NCBI GenBank assembly: GCA_035248345.1
Contig: DATFHO010000045.1
Coordinates: forward strand, 53,398-117,397
Length of the DNA: 64,000 nt
Direction: 5' to 3'
Source: Candidatus Limnocylindrales bacterium
GTDB taxonomy: Bacteria; Chloroflexota; Limnocylindria; Limnocylindrales; CSP1-4
The translations under genes and the position numbers were made by a program. Below are positions 25,373 to 34,925 of the stretch, piece by piece; positions within the stretch are counted from its first letter, which is position 1, and each line of letters opens with the position of its first letter. Under the pieces are notes generated by a model. The model worked only from the letters and a program-made list of their open reading frames with translations. It had not been told where the DNA came from and searched no databases.

Positions 25373-26481
25373 CCCGCGTTCGGCCCCGCCGGTCCCGCCG
25401 GCAGCTCCTCGGAAACAACCGCCGCTTCGGCGACGGACTCCGCGATCGCGACATCGCCCGTTGCGAGCGCCGTCGGCGCCGCCGTCTCCGCGAGCCAGCA
25501 CGCGGCTGCCTGCCCGCCGCCCACGTCGATGAGCGGCGGCTCCTCGACCCGGCACCGATCGAACACGAGCGGGCACCGCGTGTTGAACCGGCAACCCTGC
25601 GGGATGTTCGACGCGTCCGGCGTCTCGCCGACGAGGATCGTCCGCTTCGCGCGCTGGCCCTGCTCGGGTGGCTCCGGGGAAGGCGAAACGGACACCAACG
25701 CCGCCGTGTAGGGATGACGCGGCCGGCCGATGACATCGGCCGCCGGCCCGATCTCCACGATCCGACCCAGGTACATGACCGCGATCCGATCCGCGATGAC
25801 CCACGCGAGCGACAGGTCGTGGGTGATGAACAGGTAGGTGAGGTTGCGCGCGGCGCGAAGGTCGAGCATCAGGCGCAGGAGCTCGGTCCGGATGGAAACG
25901 TCCAGCATCGAGACCGGCTCATCCGCGACCACGAGCTCCGGCCCCACCGCCAGTGCGCCGGCGATGACCACACGCTGTCGCTGGCCGCCGGACAGCTCAT
26001 GGGGGTACCGGAATGCGTACGTCGACGCCGGTCGCAGGCCGGCTGCCTCGAGCGACGCCATGACCATTGCCTCGCGCTCCGCCCCCGACTTCCCGACGTG
26101 GTTGACCTCGAGCGGCTCCATGACGAAGTCATGGATCGTCTGCTTCGGGTCGAGCGTCTCGTACGGGTCCTGGAAGATCAGCTGGACGCGCCGCCGGTAC
26201 TCGCGCAGCCGCCCCGTTCCCCACAGGCCGGACACGTCCTGCCCGTCGAACGTTACCGTGCCCGCGGTCTGGCGGGTGAGCTTCACGATGACGCGGCCGG
26301 TCGTCGTCTTGCCCGACCCAGACTCGCCGACGAGCGCCAGCACCTCGCCCTTCCGGATCGCGAGATCGATGCCATCGACCGCCCGGACGGCTCGACGGTC
26401 CTTGCCCTGGAGGGCGTCGCCGAACCCGCGGCGGATGGGGAAGTGGACCTCGAGCCCGTCGAGTCGGAGGAGGTCGGTCAT
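25369..26481 (-). CDS. oligopeptide/dipeptide ABC transporter ATP-binding protein (OppF/DppF-type)
   Basis: ATG at 26481 overlaps the upstream stop (ATGA). Walker A GESGSGKTT, signature LSGGQRQRV, Walker B VVADEPVSMLD, and a C-terminal oligopeptide-type domain PRHPYT...GCRFNTRCP. Confidence 0.9.
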   Translation of the reverse strand: MTDLLRLDGLEVHFPIRRGFGDALQGKDRRAVRAVDGIDLAIRKGEVLALVGESGSGKTTTGRVIVKLTRQTAGTVTFDGQDVSGLWGTGRLREYRRRVQLIFQDPYETLDPKQTIHDFVMEPLEVNHVGKSGAEREAMVMASLEAAGLRPASTYAFRYPHELSGGQRQRVVIAGALAVGPELVVADEPVSMLDVSIRTELLRLMLDLRAARNLTYLFITHDLSLAWVIADRIAVMYLGRIVEIGPAADVIGRPRHPYTAALVSVSPSPEPPEQGQRAKRTILVGETPDASNIPQGCRFNTRCPLVFDRCRVEEPPLIDVGGGQAAACWLAETAAPTALATGDVAIAESVAEAAVVSEELPAGPAGPNAG

Positions 26482-27611
26482 GACGCGGCCGTCGGCGCCG
26501 ACGTCACGGTCGGGACGGGCTCGACCCCCGGGATGTCCGAGGTCGGGAACAAGTGGCACGCGACCCGCACGCCGTCCGAGAACCGCACCTCCGGCGGGAC
26601 AACCTCGCGGCACACCGGCATGACGAACTCGCAGCGGGCCGCGAACCGGCACCCGGGCGGCGGCGTCAGCAGGTCCGGCGGCTGGCCCTGGATCACGTCC
26701 AGCGTCCGCCGGTCCGCGCGGACATTCGGGAATGAGTTCACGAGCTTGCGCGTGTATGGGTGGCGCGGCGCGGTGAAGACGCGGCGGACCGGTCCTTCCT
26801 CGGCGACCTTGCCGGCATACATGATCAGCACGCGGTCGCACGTCTCCGCGAGCACGGACAGGTCGTGCGTGATGAGGATCAGGGACAGCCCGAGCTCCCG
26901 CCGCAACCGCTCGAGCAGCTCGAGGATCTGCGCCTGGACCATCACGTCGAGCGCCGTCGTCGGCTCGTCACCGATGACGATTGCCGGATCGCACGCGAGC
27001 GCCATCGCGATCATCGCCCGCTGGCGCATGCCGCCACTGAGCTCGTGGGGATACGCGTCGGATCGCTTGGACGGGATGCCGACGAGATCCAGCAGCTCGA
27101 CCGCCCGTTTGTTCGAGGCCGCCTCGGACTGGTCGAGCCGGTACTGGATGGGCTCCGCGATCTGGTCGCGGACCTTCAGGACTGGGTTCAGCGCGTTCAT
27201 CGCGCCTTGGAACACGATGCTGATCTCGCGCCAGCGATAGCGCTGCATCTGTCGGTCGGTCTTGCCGACGAGGTCGATCCCGAACAGCTCCACGTTCCCG
27301 CCGCGGATCCGGCCGTTCGACGGGAGCAGCTGGACCAGCGAGAGCGCCGTCGTCGTCTTGCCGCACGCCGACTCCCCGGCGAGACCGAGCGCCTCACCGT
27401 CCGCGAGCCCGAAGGACACGCCATCGACCGCCTTCACCCAACCCTGCCGGAGCTTGAAGTGCGTCTGGAGGTCCTTGACCTCGAGCAGCGGTGCGCCCGG
27501 CACGGCCAGCTTCGGCAGCGGCCATTGCCTGCGCCCGCGGACCTCTGCCGCGGCCGAAGCCGCGACCGTCGCGTCATCCGGCACGGCCACCATGCCGCGA
27601 TCGTCCGTCAT
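26478..27611 (-). CDS. oligopeptide/dipeptide ABC transporter ATP-binding protein (OppD/DppD-type)
   Basis: ATG at 27611 overlaps the permease stop. Contains GESACGKTT, LSGGMRQR, VIGDEPTTALD and PRHPYT...GCRFAARC. Confidence 0.9.
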   Translation of the reverse strand: MTDDRGMVAVPDDATVAASAAAEVRGRRQWPLPKLAVPGAPLLEVKDLQTHFKLRQGWVKAVDGVSFGLADGEALGLAGESACGKTTTALSLVQLLPSNGRIRGGNVELFGIDLVGKTDRQMQRYRWREISIVFQGAMNALNPVLKVRDQIAEPIQYRLDQSEAASNKRAVELLDLVGIPSKRSDAYPHELSGGMRQRAMIAMALACDPAIVIGDEPTTALDVMVQAQILELLERLRRELGLSLILITHDLSVLAETCDRVLIMYAGKVAEEGPVRRVFTAPRHPYTRKLVNSFPNVRADRRTLDVIQGQPPDLLTPPPGCRFAARCEFVMPVCREVVPPEVRFSDGVRVACHLFPTSDIPGVEPVPTVTSAPTAAS

Positions 27612-28558
27612 CGCCGGCCCGCCGACTTCGGGTTGAGCAGGTCGTCGAGCGCGTTGCCGACAAGCGTGAAGGCGAGCACGACGAGAACCACGGACGCGGC
27701 GGGCGGGGCGATGTACCACCACGCGCCGAGGCCCGGCGCACCCGTCGACTCGGCGGCGTTGAGGATCTCGCCCCACGACGGCTGGAAGGGATCGCCGAGG
27801 CCGATGAACGAGAGCGTCGTCTCCGTGAACACCGCGACCGCGAAGGTGAGCACGGCCTGCGCGACGATGAGGTTCATCACGTTCGGCAGGATGTGGTTGA
27901 CCATGATGCGGCCCGGCCCGGCGCCGATGACCCGCGCCCGGTCGACGAACATCCGGCCTTTCAGCGACAGCACCTGGGAGCGGATGATCCGGGCGGTGGT
28001 TGCCCAGCTCGTGAGCCCGATCACGATGATGATGACCATCAGCGTCGCCCGGATTCCGAAGACCTCGGACTCGACGCCGACGACCTCGATGATCACCGGC
28101 GCCAGGATGATCGCGAGGACGAACGTGGGGAGCACGAGGAAGAAGTCGGAGATGCGCATCAGCAGGCCGTCGATCCGCCCACCGACGTAGCCCGACACGA
28201 TCCCGACGAGGGTGCCGACGACCACGGTGATGAGCGTCGCCAGCAGCCCGATCGTCATCGAGATCCGGGCACCGTGGACGGTCCGGTTGAACATGTCCCG
28301 GCCGAGGTCGTCCGTTCCGAAGATGTGGGCACCCGAGGGCGGCTCGAGCGCGTGCCCGGTGGCGCGTGTTGCCGTCTCCAGCGGCCCGACGAAGAAATCC
28401 GGGAACAGCGCCAGCACAGCGAACACGACGAGCACGATCAGCCCCACCGCCCCGTCGCGACGCGACAGGAAGCGGGCCCCGAATGAGCGCGCGTTCCGCG
28501 CAAGCAGCCGGAGCCGCTCGTTCCGGACGTTCGTCACGGCGGCGGCGCCGGCGCTCAC
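27608..28558 (-). CDS. ABC peptide transporter permease (OppC/DppC-type)
   Basis: GTG at 28558 overlaps the upstream stop (GTGA). Contains GTDDLGRDMF and the EAA-like loop SLKGRMFVDRARVIGAGPGRIMVNHILPN. Confidence 0.85.
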   Translation of the reverse strand: MSAGAAAVTNVRNERLRLLARNARSFGARFLSRRDGAVGLIVLVVFAVLALFPDFFVGPLETATRATGHALEPPSGAHIFGTDDLGRDMFNRTVHGARISMTIGLLATLITVVVGTLVGIVSGYVGGRIDGLLMRISDFFLVLPTFVLAIILAPVIIEVVGVESEVFGIRATLMVIIIVIGLTSWATTARIIRSQVLSLKGRMFVDRARVIGAGPGRIMVNHILPNVMNLIVAQAVLTFAVAVFTETTLSFIGLGDPFQPSWGEILNAAESTGAPGLGAWWYIAPPAASVVLVVLAFTLVGNALDDLLNPKSAGRR

Positions 28559-29553
28559 GACCGCACCCGCGGATCGAGGAAGCCATACGCCACGTCCGCC
28601 AGCAAATTCGCGACGACGACCGAGACGGCGAGCAGCAGGAAGATGCCCTGGAGGACCGGGTAGTCGCGTGCCGAGAGCGCGGTCACGGTCAGGGTGCCCA
28701 GCCCAGGCCAGCTGAACACGATCTCGGCGGTGATCGCGCCCGCGATCACGTACCCGAGGTTGATCGCGATGAGCGTGACCATCGGCAGCAGCGCGTTCCG
28801 GAACGCATGCGCGCGCAGGATTCGCCCGTCCGCGAGTCCCTTCGCCCGGGCGGTCGTGATGTAGTCCTCGGTCCGGGTCTCGATGATCGCGGAGCGCATC
28901 AGGATCGAGTAACCACCGATCAGCCCGAGCGACACGGTCGTGAGCGGCAGCACGAGATGCCGCCCGAGGTCGATCAGCCCGTCGAGGAGCGGCTTGTTGG
29001 CGCCGCCGATCGAGCCCATGCCGGACGTCGGGAACAGGTGCAGCCCGGCCGCGAAGATGATGATCAGGGGCATGCCGATCACGAAGTACGGCATCGAATA
29101 GAGGATCAGGCTCAAACCGTTCCCAACGCGGTCCGCCATGCCGCCGCGTCGCCAGCCCGTGTACGCCCCGATCGCGAGCCCGACGATGATCGACACGATC
29201 TCCCCGAGACCCACGAGCAGGACCGTCGGCCAGACGCGGTCCGCGATGACCTCGGTCACGGGCTGGCTGCGGAACTTGAACGAGTACCCGAAGTCCAGGG
29301 TGACCGTGGACTCGATATAGGCGACGAGCTGATCCGGGATCAGCGGCTTGTCGAGGCCCCACTTCTCGCGGAGGGCCACGATCACCGCGGGATCCAGGTT
29401 CGGGTTGCGGAACAGCACGCGCTCGGGCGAGCCCGGCATGAGCCGGAACAGCACGAAGTTGAGCAGGATGATCGCGACGATCGTCACGAGGGCCTGGCCC
29501 AGCTTGCGGCCGAGGTAGCGCGCGCTCACGGTGTGTCCTGCTTCAGATGCCAT
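28555..29553 (-). CDS. ABC peptide transporter permease (OppB/DppB-type)
   Basis: 332 aa. Contains LNFVLFRLMPGSP and the EAA loop DYITTARAKGLADGRILRAHAFRNALLP. Confidence 0.9.
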   Translation of the reverse strand: MASEAGHTVSARYLGRKLGQALVTIVAIILLNFVLFRLMPGSPERVLFRNPNLDPAVIVALREKWGLDKPLIPDQLVAYIESTVTLDFGYSFKFRSQPVTEVIADRVWPTVLLVGLGEIVSIIVGLAIGAYTGWRRGGMADRVGNGLSLILYSMPYFVIGMPLIIIFAAGLHLFPTSGMGSIGGANKPLLDGLIDLGRHLVLPLTTVSLGLIGGYSILMRSAIIETRTEDYITTARAKGLADGRILRAHAFRNALLPMVTLIAINLGYVIAGAITAEIVFSWPGLGTLTVTALSARDYPVLQGIFLLLAVSVVVANLLADVAYGFLDPRVRS

Positions 29554-29615
29554 CGAGGGCCGCCGGGACGGCGGCCCTCGACAACGGTCTGTCTCCTATC
29601 GGCAATGCGCCGGGC

Positions 29616-31538
29616 CTACTCCTCTTCGGCGGGCTTTGGCCCACGCCGCCGCATCATCCACAACCCGCCGATCACCACCACGAGCACCACCGCAGCGATG
29701 ACGATCAGCGTCGTGTTGTCGCCGGTGCCCGACGTCGGTCCGCTGCTCGGCGGCGGTGTCGCCGTCGCGCCGCCGGAGGCAGCTGGGCCTGCCGTTGCCG
29801 CAACCGTCGTCGGCCCGGGGGTCGGCGTCGCGGTGGCGTCGGTGAGCAGGGTGTACTGGAGCGTGCCGTACGAGAAGATCGGCGTGCCGTTCGACGGCTG
29901 GTTGCGCCAGCCTGCGAACTTGTCCGTGCGGTACGCATCCAGGTTCGCGTCGTAGTAGAGGATGTCGTAGACGGCCTGGTCATAGACCAGGTTCTGCATC
30001 TGCGCCAGGACCTGCTTCCGGGCGTCGCCCGACAGCTTGGCCTGGTCGTCATACATCTTGTCGAAGTCGGCGTTGCACCAGTTGCTGTCCGACGAGCTGC
30101 CGATCTGGTCGCACCGGAAGATCTGGAGCAGGGCATTCGGATCCGGGTTGCCCGCCCAGCCCCACAGCTCGATGTCGTAGTCGGCCTTGTACTTGTTCGG
30201 ATGATCCGGGTCGTACTCCGGCGGGAGCAGGAGGTCGACGAGGGCGTCGCTGTCCATGATCCGTGTCTGGAGCTCGATGCCGAGCTGGCCGTACCAGTCC
30301 TTGATGAACTCGGCCGCCTTCGGATAGTTCTCGTCCGAGTCCGGCATGAACAGCCGCAGGACGATCGGCTTGCCTTCCTTGTCGAGGCGCTTGTTCGTCG
30401 CCGGGTCCAGCGGGTAGCCAGCCGCGTCGAGCTTCTGCTTCGCCATGTCGATGTTGAAGGTGCGTGGCGTGGTCGGATCGACGTGGAACGTCGTGTTGAC
30501 CGGCGGAACGATCGTCGAACCGACGTCGCCGTAGCCGCCGAGCACGGCCTCGACCAGCTTCTGCTTGTCGACCGCGTAGCCGAGGGCATCGCGGAATGCC
30601 GGGTCGAGCAGCGCCTTCGTCGACGGCCCGCCGTCCTTGATGGTCTTGCCCGTGCCCGTGCCGTAGGTGTTGAACGCGAGCTGCGTCCAGCCGTTGGCCG
30701 AGCCGACGACGGTCTGGATGTTCTCTTCCGTCTGGAGCTGCTTCAGCTGGCTCGCGTTCACGCCGTGGGCGTAATCGAGGTCGCCGGTCTTCAGCGCCTG
30801 CACCATCGTGTCGGAGCTGCTGAAGACCTGGAGCACCACCTCGTCGGCGAAGCCCTGCGTGCCCCAGTAGTTGGGGTTGCGCACGAAGCGCATGTACTGG
30901 CCGGTCTTCCACTCGGCGAGCGTGTACGGGCCCGTGCCGACGAGCGGCGCGTCGAAGCCCTTGAAGTCCTCGCTGCCGAGCTCCTTGTAGTTGAACTTGC
31001 CGTAGATGTGCTTCGGGATGATCGGCATGTAGATCTGGTAGATGCGATCCGACTGGTCCGTGGTCGAGGCGATCAGCGTCTGGGGATCGGGGCACTCCAC
31101 CTTGGTGACGCCCGCGTCGGTGACGCTCACGTCGATGTAGCCGATGCCGACGTTCGAGCCGTCCTTTGCGGCGTCGAGCGCCAGCTGCCAGCTGAAGCAC
31201 GCGTCCTCGGAGGTCGCGGGCTGTCCGTCCGACCACTTCATGTTCGGCCGGATGTGGAACGTCACGGCGTCAGCCGTGCGGTCCCACGACTCGGCGAAGC
31301 CGGGCACGGGCTCGAGGTTCGGCCCGAAGTCCGTCATCAGGTTGAAGGTCAGCTCGAACGCCTCGTAGCTCGAGACGAGGGCGGCCTGGTACGGGTTCGA
31401 GGCGTCGAAGTCCTGGGTCGTGCCCGCGCGGAAGACCACGGGATCCGCGGCCGAGGCGGGCGCGGCGATCGCCATGCCCCCCAGCAGTGCGAGGGTCGCG
31501 AGGAAGCCCGCGGCTGTGCGGATCGGACGGGATCGCAT
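29616..31538 (-). CDS. family-5 peptide/nickel ABC substrate-binding protein with signal peptide and an extra C-terminal Thr/Pro linker plus TM anchor
   Basis: ATG at 31538 with GGAGGA upstream. Signal is MRSRPIRTAAGFLATLALLGGMAIAAPASA. Family-5 blocks are SWDRTADAVTFHIRPNMKWSDG and VRNPNYWG. The C-terminus is ATATPTPGPTTVAATAGPAASGGATATPPPSSGPTSGTGDNTTLIVIAAVVLVVVIGGLWMMRRRGPK. Confidence 0.85.
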   Translation of the reverse strand: MRSRPIRTAAGFLATLALLGGMAIAAPASAADPVVFRAGTTQDFDASNPYQAALVSSYEAFELTFNLMTDFGPNLEPVPGFAESWDRTADAVTFHIRPNMKWSDGQPATSEDACFSWQLALDAAKDGSNVGIGYIDVSVTDAGVTKVECPDPQTLIASTTDQSDRIYQIYMPIIPKHIYGKFNYKELGSEDFKGFDAPLVGTGPYTLAEWKTGQYMRFVRNPNYWGTQGFADEVVLQVFSSSDTMVQALKTGDLDYAHGVNASQLKQLQTEENIQTVVGSANGWTQLAFNTYGTGTGKTIKDGGPSTKALLDPAFRDALGYAVDKQKLVEAVLGGYGDVGSTIVPPVNTTFHVDPTTPRTFNIDMAKQKLDAAGYPLDPATNKRLDKEGKPIVLRLFMPDSDENYPKAAEFIKDWYGQLGIELQTRIMDSDALVDLLLPPEYDPDHPNKYKADYDIELWGWAGNPDPNALLQIFRCDQIGSSSDSNWCNADFDKMYDDQAKLSGDARKQVLAQMQNLVYDQAVYDILYYDANLDAYRTDKFAGWRNQPSNGTPIFSYGTLQYTLLTDATATPTPGPTTVAATAGPAASGGATATPPPSSGPTSGTGDNTTLIVIAAVVLVVVIGGLWMMRRRGPKPAEEE

Positions 31539-31657
31539 GTCGTTCTCCTCCGTCGGAGCGACGGGCGCCGGTCTCTCCTCCAGGCGTCTCATCGCACGGG
31601 TGCGGGTGCTAGGTTCGCATGCGGTGCGAGCATACGCAACGCGATTCGTTGCGTCTC

Positions 31658-32839
31658 CTAGGCGGTTTCGACGAGGTTCGTCGAGTTCGAGTTCCGCAGG
31701 GCCGGTCGGTCGACGCCGAAGAGCGCCAACCGTTCGGCGCGAGGGCCTCGGCGGGCGTCGAGCGCGAGGGACGCAAGCTCCTTGCCGAACAGGGCCGCGA
31801 ACTTGTAGCTGTGGGCTGCGCCGAGTGCGACGATCACGCCCGGGTGCTCCGGCAGCCGATCGAGGACGAAGTCGCGGTCCGGCGTCAGCGTGTACAGGCA
31901 CGTCTTGGTCTTCGCCGGTGCGCCGATCGCTCCCGGCAGATACGTGCGCATGAACGTGCCCGTTCGATCGAGGCAGTCCAGGTCCGGATCGAAGGTGCGC
32001 GTGCGTGCTGTCGTCTGCCGGCCGCCGATATCCTCGCCGATCTTCGGCCCTGGTCCGCGGTAGGTCGGGAAGCCGTAGAACGACGGCTGGCCCAGCCAGA
32101 TCCAGATCGGGAAACGGTCGGGCTCGAACGCAGCCGGGTCCGTGGCCTCGTACCACGTGACCTGCTCACGGGTGACGCTGAGCGGGATCTCGTACCCAAG
32201 CGGTGCGGTCAGGTCATTGGTCCACGCGTCCGTCGCGATGACGACGCTGCCTGCGGTTTCCGCGCGCCCGTCCTCGAGCACGACCTCGTACTCGCTCCCG
32301 TGGTCGCGGATCGCCGTCACGCGGGCGTGCTCGCGGAGCTCCGCGCCGGCCTCGCGGGCAAGGTGCTGGTGCGCGGGGTTGCCGCGCTCCGGATCGGCGA
32401 TGCCCCCGCGCTCCTGGAAGATGCCCCGCGTCCCCGAGGAAAGGCGCCAGACCGGCCACCGTCGGCTGATGTCGACGTCGTCGAACCATTCGAACGAGAT
32501 GCCGGCCTCGGTCATGGCGCGGGCGTAATCGTCGATGTCCTCCGGAGCGTCGGGAGGACCGAGGTCGAGGCCGCCGGTGAACGTGATGACCTTCGTGCCC
32601 GCCGCCTGTTCGATCTCCGCCCAGGCCGCCTGTGCCTCCACCGCGAGCTCGACGTACTCGCGCCGGTGGTAGCTCACGCGGGTGATCCGCGAGACGTCCT
32701 GCGACGCGCCCTTGTCGTGGTTGAGCTCGAACTGCTCGAGGCCGAGGACGCGCCAGCTTCCGGGGGCCGTCGCGAGCCGGCACGCCGCCGCGCTCCCAAG
32801 CGCACCGAGTCCGATCACGATCGCGTCGTACGAACCCAT
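31658..32839 (-). CDS. monomeric sarcosine oxidase / N-methyl-L-tryptophan oxidase-like FAD enzyme
   Basis: Internal ATG at 32839. FAD fold YDAIVIGLGALGSAAA. The covalent-flavin Cys region is KTCLYTLTPDRDFVLD, followed by ALGAAHSYKFA. Confidence 0.85.
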   Translation of the reverse strand: MGSYDAIVIGLGALGSAAACRLATAPGSWRVLGLEQFELNHDKGASQDVSRITRVSYHRREYVELAVEAQAAWAEIEQAAGTKVITFTGGLDLGPPDAPEDIDDYARAMTEAGISFEWFDDVDISRRWPVWRLSSGTRGIFQERGGIADPERGNPAHQHLAREAGAELREHARVTAIRDHGSEYEVVLEDGRAETAGSVVIATDAWTNDLTAPLGYEIPLSVTREQVTWYEATDPAAFEPDRFPIWIWLGQPSFYGFPTYRGPGPKIGEDIGGRQTTARTRTFDPDLDCLDRTGTFMRTYLPGAIGAPAKTKTCLYTLTPDRDFVLDRLPEHPGVIVALGAAHSYKFAALFGKELASLALDARRGPRAERLALFGVDRPALRNSNSTNLVETA

Positions 32840-32873
32840 CTCCGGACGATAGCCGACCCGTATCCTCGGTCGC

Positions 32874-34925
32874 GTGAGCCCTTCGACGAGCGCCGGCGCG
32901 GCAGCGGCCCGTCCGATCGATCCAGCGAACCTTGGTGTCGAGCGTCGCGAGGACGTCCGCGTGCAAGCACGCGACGGCGTCGAGCTGTCCGTCACGTTGT
33001 ACCTACCGCTCGGCGCGAGCGCGCCGGTGCCGGCGATCCTCAACATCGACCCGTACCGCAAGGACGATTGGTCCTCGGGCTGGGACCTGTCGCTCGGCGC
33101 GTACCTCGTCGAGCATGGCTATGCCTATGCGCGGCTCGACGTCCGCGGCACGGGCTCGTCGGGTGGCATCGCCTTCGACGAATACACCGGGGCCGAAACC
33201 AACGACGGGCACGACACGGTCGAGTGGCTCGCCGCGCAGCCGTGGTGCTCCGGTGCAGTCGGGATGTGGGGCCTGTCGTACGGCGGGTTCACCTCGATCC
33301 AGGTCGCCGCCACGCGACCGCCGCACCTTCGCGCGATCGTGCCCATCCAGGCCACGGACGACCGATACACGGACGACGTCCATTACGTCGGCGGAACGAT
33401 GACGGTCTCCGAGCTCGCGCAGTACGCCGTCAGCCAGGTTGCGATGAACGCGCTGCCCGCGAAGCCCGGCGCGTGGGGCGACGCGTGGCGCGATCGATGG
33501 CGCGAGCGGCTCGATGCAACGCCCGTCTGGCTGTTCGAGTGGGCGCGGCAGCAGCGCGACGGTCCGTACTGGCGCCGGGGCTCACTGGCGCCGGACTACG
33601 GCCGCATCGAGGCGGCGATCCTCCACATCACCGGTTGGATGGACGAGTACGTGGATGCCGCGGTCCGGATGCAGGCGCGCTGCACCGGCGCGGTCTCGAA
33701 GCGAACGATCGTCGGCCCGTGGGTGCACGGCCTCCCGGACTATGCGTATCCGGGCCCGAACATCGACTGGCTGCGCGAGATGGTTCGATGGTTCGACCGG
33801 TGGTGCAAGGAGGAGCGCAACGGCGCGGAGGACGAGCCCGCGCTGACCTGGTTCCACCGCGACCCGACGCCGCCCGAGCGGTTTCCGAAGCGGCTCCAAG
33901 GGAAGTGGCGCGCCACCGACGCGTGGCCGCCCACCGGGCCGGCGACTCGAACGCTTCATCTCCGCGACGGCGTCCTCGGGGACGCCGTCGACATCGGCGC
34001 CGGCGCCGCGACGCCCGTCACGTTCCAGCACCGCCCGACCGCCGGAATCCGCGGGGGCTCGCTGTGCTGGGGCGCCGGCCATGCACCGAACGGCCTCGCC
34101 CGGGATCTCCGCCTCGAAGCGGACAGCGGGCCGGCCTGGACCGCCGAGCCGCTCGAGAGGGATCTCGATGTCCTCGGTGTTCCGATTGCGACGTTGTCCG
34201 TTTCGGCAACGCAGCCAGTCGCGCACCTCGTGGCGCGCCTCGGCTGCGAGCTGCCAGACGGCTCGATCGAACAGGTGAGCGAAGGCATCCTCAACCTGAC
34301 CCACCGGGATTCACACACGGATCCCCAACCGCTCGAGCCCGGCCGGCCCTACCTGGTCGCGCTGCCACTCCGAGTCGCCGGCTACCGATTCCCGAAGGGC
34401 CACCGCATCCATCTCAGCCTCGCGAGCTCGCACTGGCCCGTGATCTGGCCGTCGCCCGGCGCCGGCACGCTGACGATCCATTCCGGGGCGCTGCACCTCC
34501 CGCTCGCGCCGGCCCACGTGCCGCCGCCCACGTTCGCCGCGGAGTCGCCGAAGCTCGCCGACGCCGGCAGCGAGGTGAGCGAGCCGGTGCGCTGGGAGGT
34601 CGTCGAGGACGAGGCGGCCGGCACGGCGACCGTGCGAACCCATGAAGCGTCCATCGCCACGCTCCCGGACGGCGTATCGACGCTCTACGTCGGCGAGACC
34701 CTCGAGATGACTGTCTCTGATCGCGAACCCGGCGTCGGCCGGTTCGTGAACGACTGCGAGTACCGGCTCGACCGCGCGGGCCACCTGATCACCGTCATCG
34801 CCGACGGCGGCATCGAGACATCGACAACGGCCTTCGACATGAGCGCGCACCTGAGGGTTGATCTCGACGGCGAGCCCTTCTTCGAGCGCACCTGGCGCGA
34901 GGCGATCCCGCGCGACCTGCTCTAG
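32874..34925 (+). CDS. CocE/NonD-family hydrolase (X-Pro dipeptidyl-peptidase S15-like)
   Basis: 683 aa. Contains YARLDVRGTGSSGG and the nucleophile elbow GMWGLSYGG, plus a C-terminal jelly-roll domain (YRFPKGHRIHLSLASSHWP). Confidence 0.8.
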   Translation: MSPSTSAGAAAARPIDPANLGVERREDVRVQARDGVELSVTLYLPLGASAPVPAILNIDPYRKDDWSSGWDLSLGAYLVEHGYAYARLDVRGTGSSGGIAFDEYTGAETNDGHDTVEWLAAQPWCSGAVGMWGLSYGGFTSIQVAATRPPHLRAIVPIQATDDRYTDDVHYVGGTMTVSELAQYAVSQVAMNALPAKPGAWGDAWRDRWRERLDATPVWLFEWARQQRDGPYWRRGSLAPDYGRIEAAILHITGWMDEYVDAAVRMQARCTGAVSKRTIVGPWVHGLPDYAYPGPNIDWLREMVRWFDRWCKEERNGAEDEPALTWFHRDPTPPERFPKRLQGKWRATDAWPPTGPATRTLHLRDGVLGDAVDIGAGAATPVTFQHRPTAGIRGGSLCWGAGHAPNGLARDLRLEADSGPAWTAEPLERDLDVLGVPIATLSVSATQPVAHLVARLGCELPDGSIEQVSEGILNLTHRDSHTDPQPLEPGRPYLVALPLRVAGYRFPKGHRIHLSLASSHWPVIWPSPGAGTLTIHSGALHLPLAPAHVPPPTFAAESPKLADAGSEVSEPVRWEVVEDEAAGTATVRTHEASIATLPDGVSTLYVGETLEMTVSDREPGVGRFVNDCEYRLDRAGHLITVIADGGIETSTTAFDMSAHLRVDLDGEPFFERTWREAIPRDLL

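Noticed and set aside
25120-31661. Two plus-strand ORFs of about 705 aa (25120-27240 and 29547-31661) opposite the Opp operon
   Set aside because: Both are Arg/Asp/His-rich shadow ORFs. The minus strand holds five coupled ABC-importer genes with canonical motifs.
31619-34645. 1008-aa ORF on the plus strand, the longest in the track
   Set aside because: It runs antisense through the sarcosine-oxidase-like gene and out of frame through the CocE/NonD gene. The sequence is Arg/Pro/Ala low complexity. The competing frames carry FAD-fold and GxSxG motifs.
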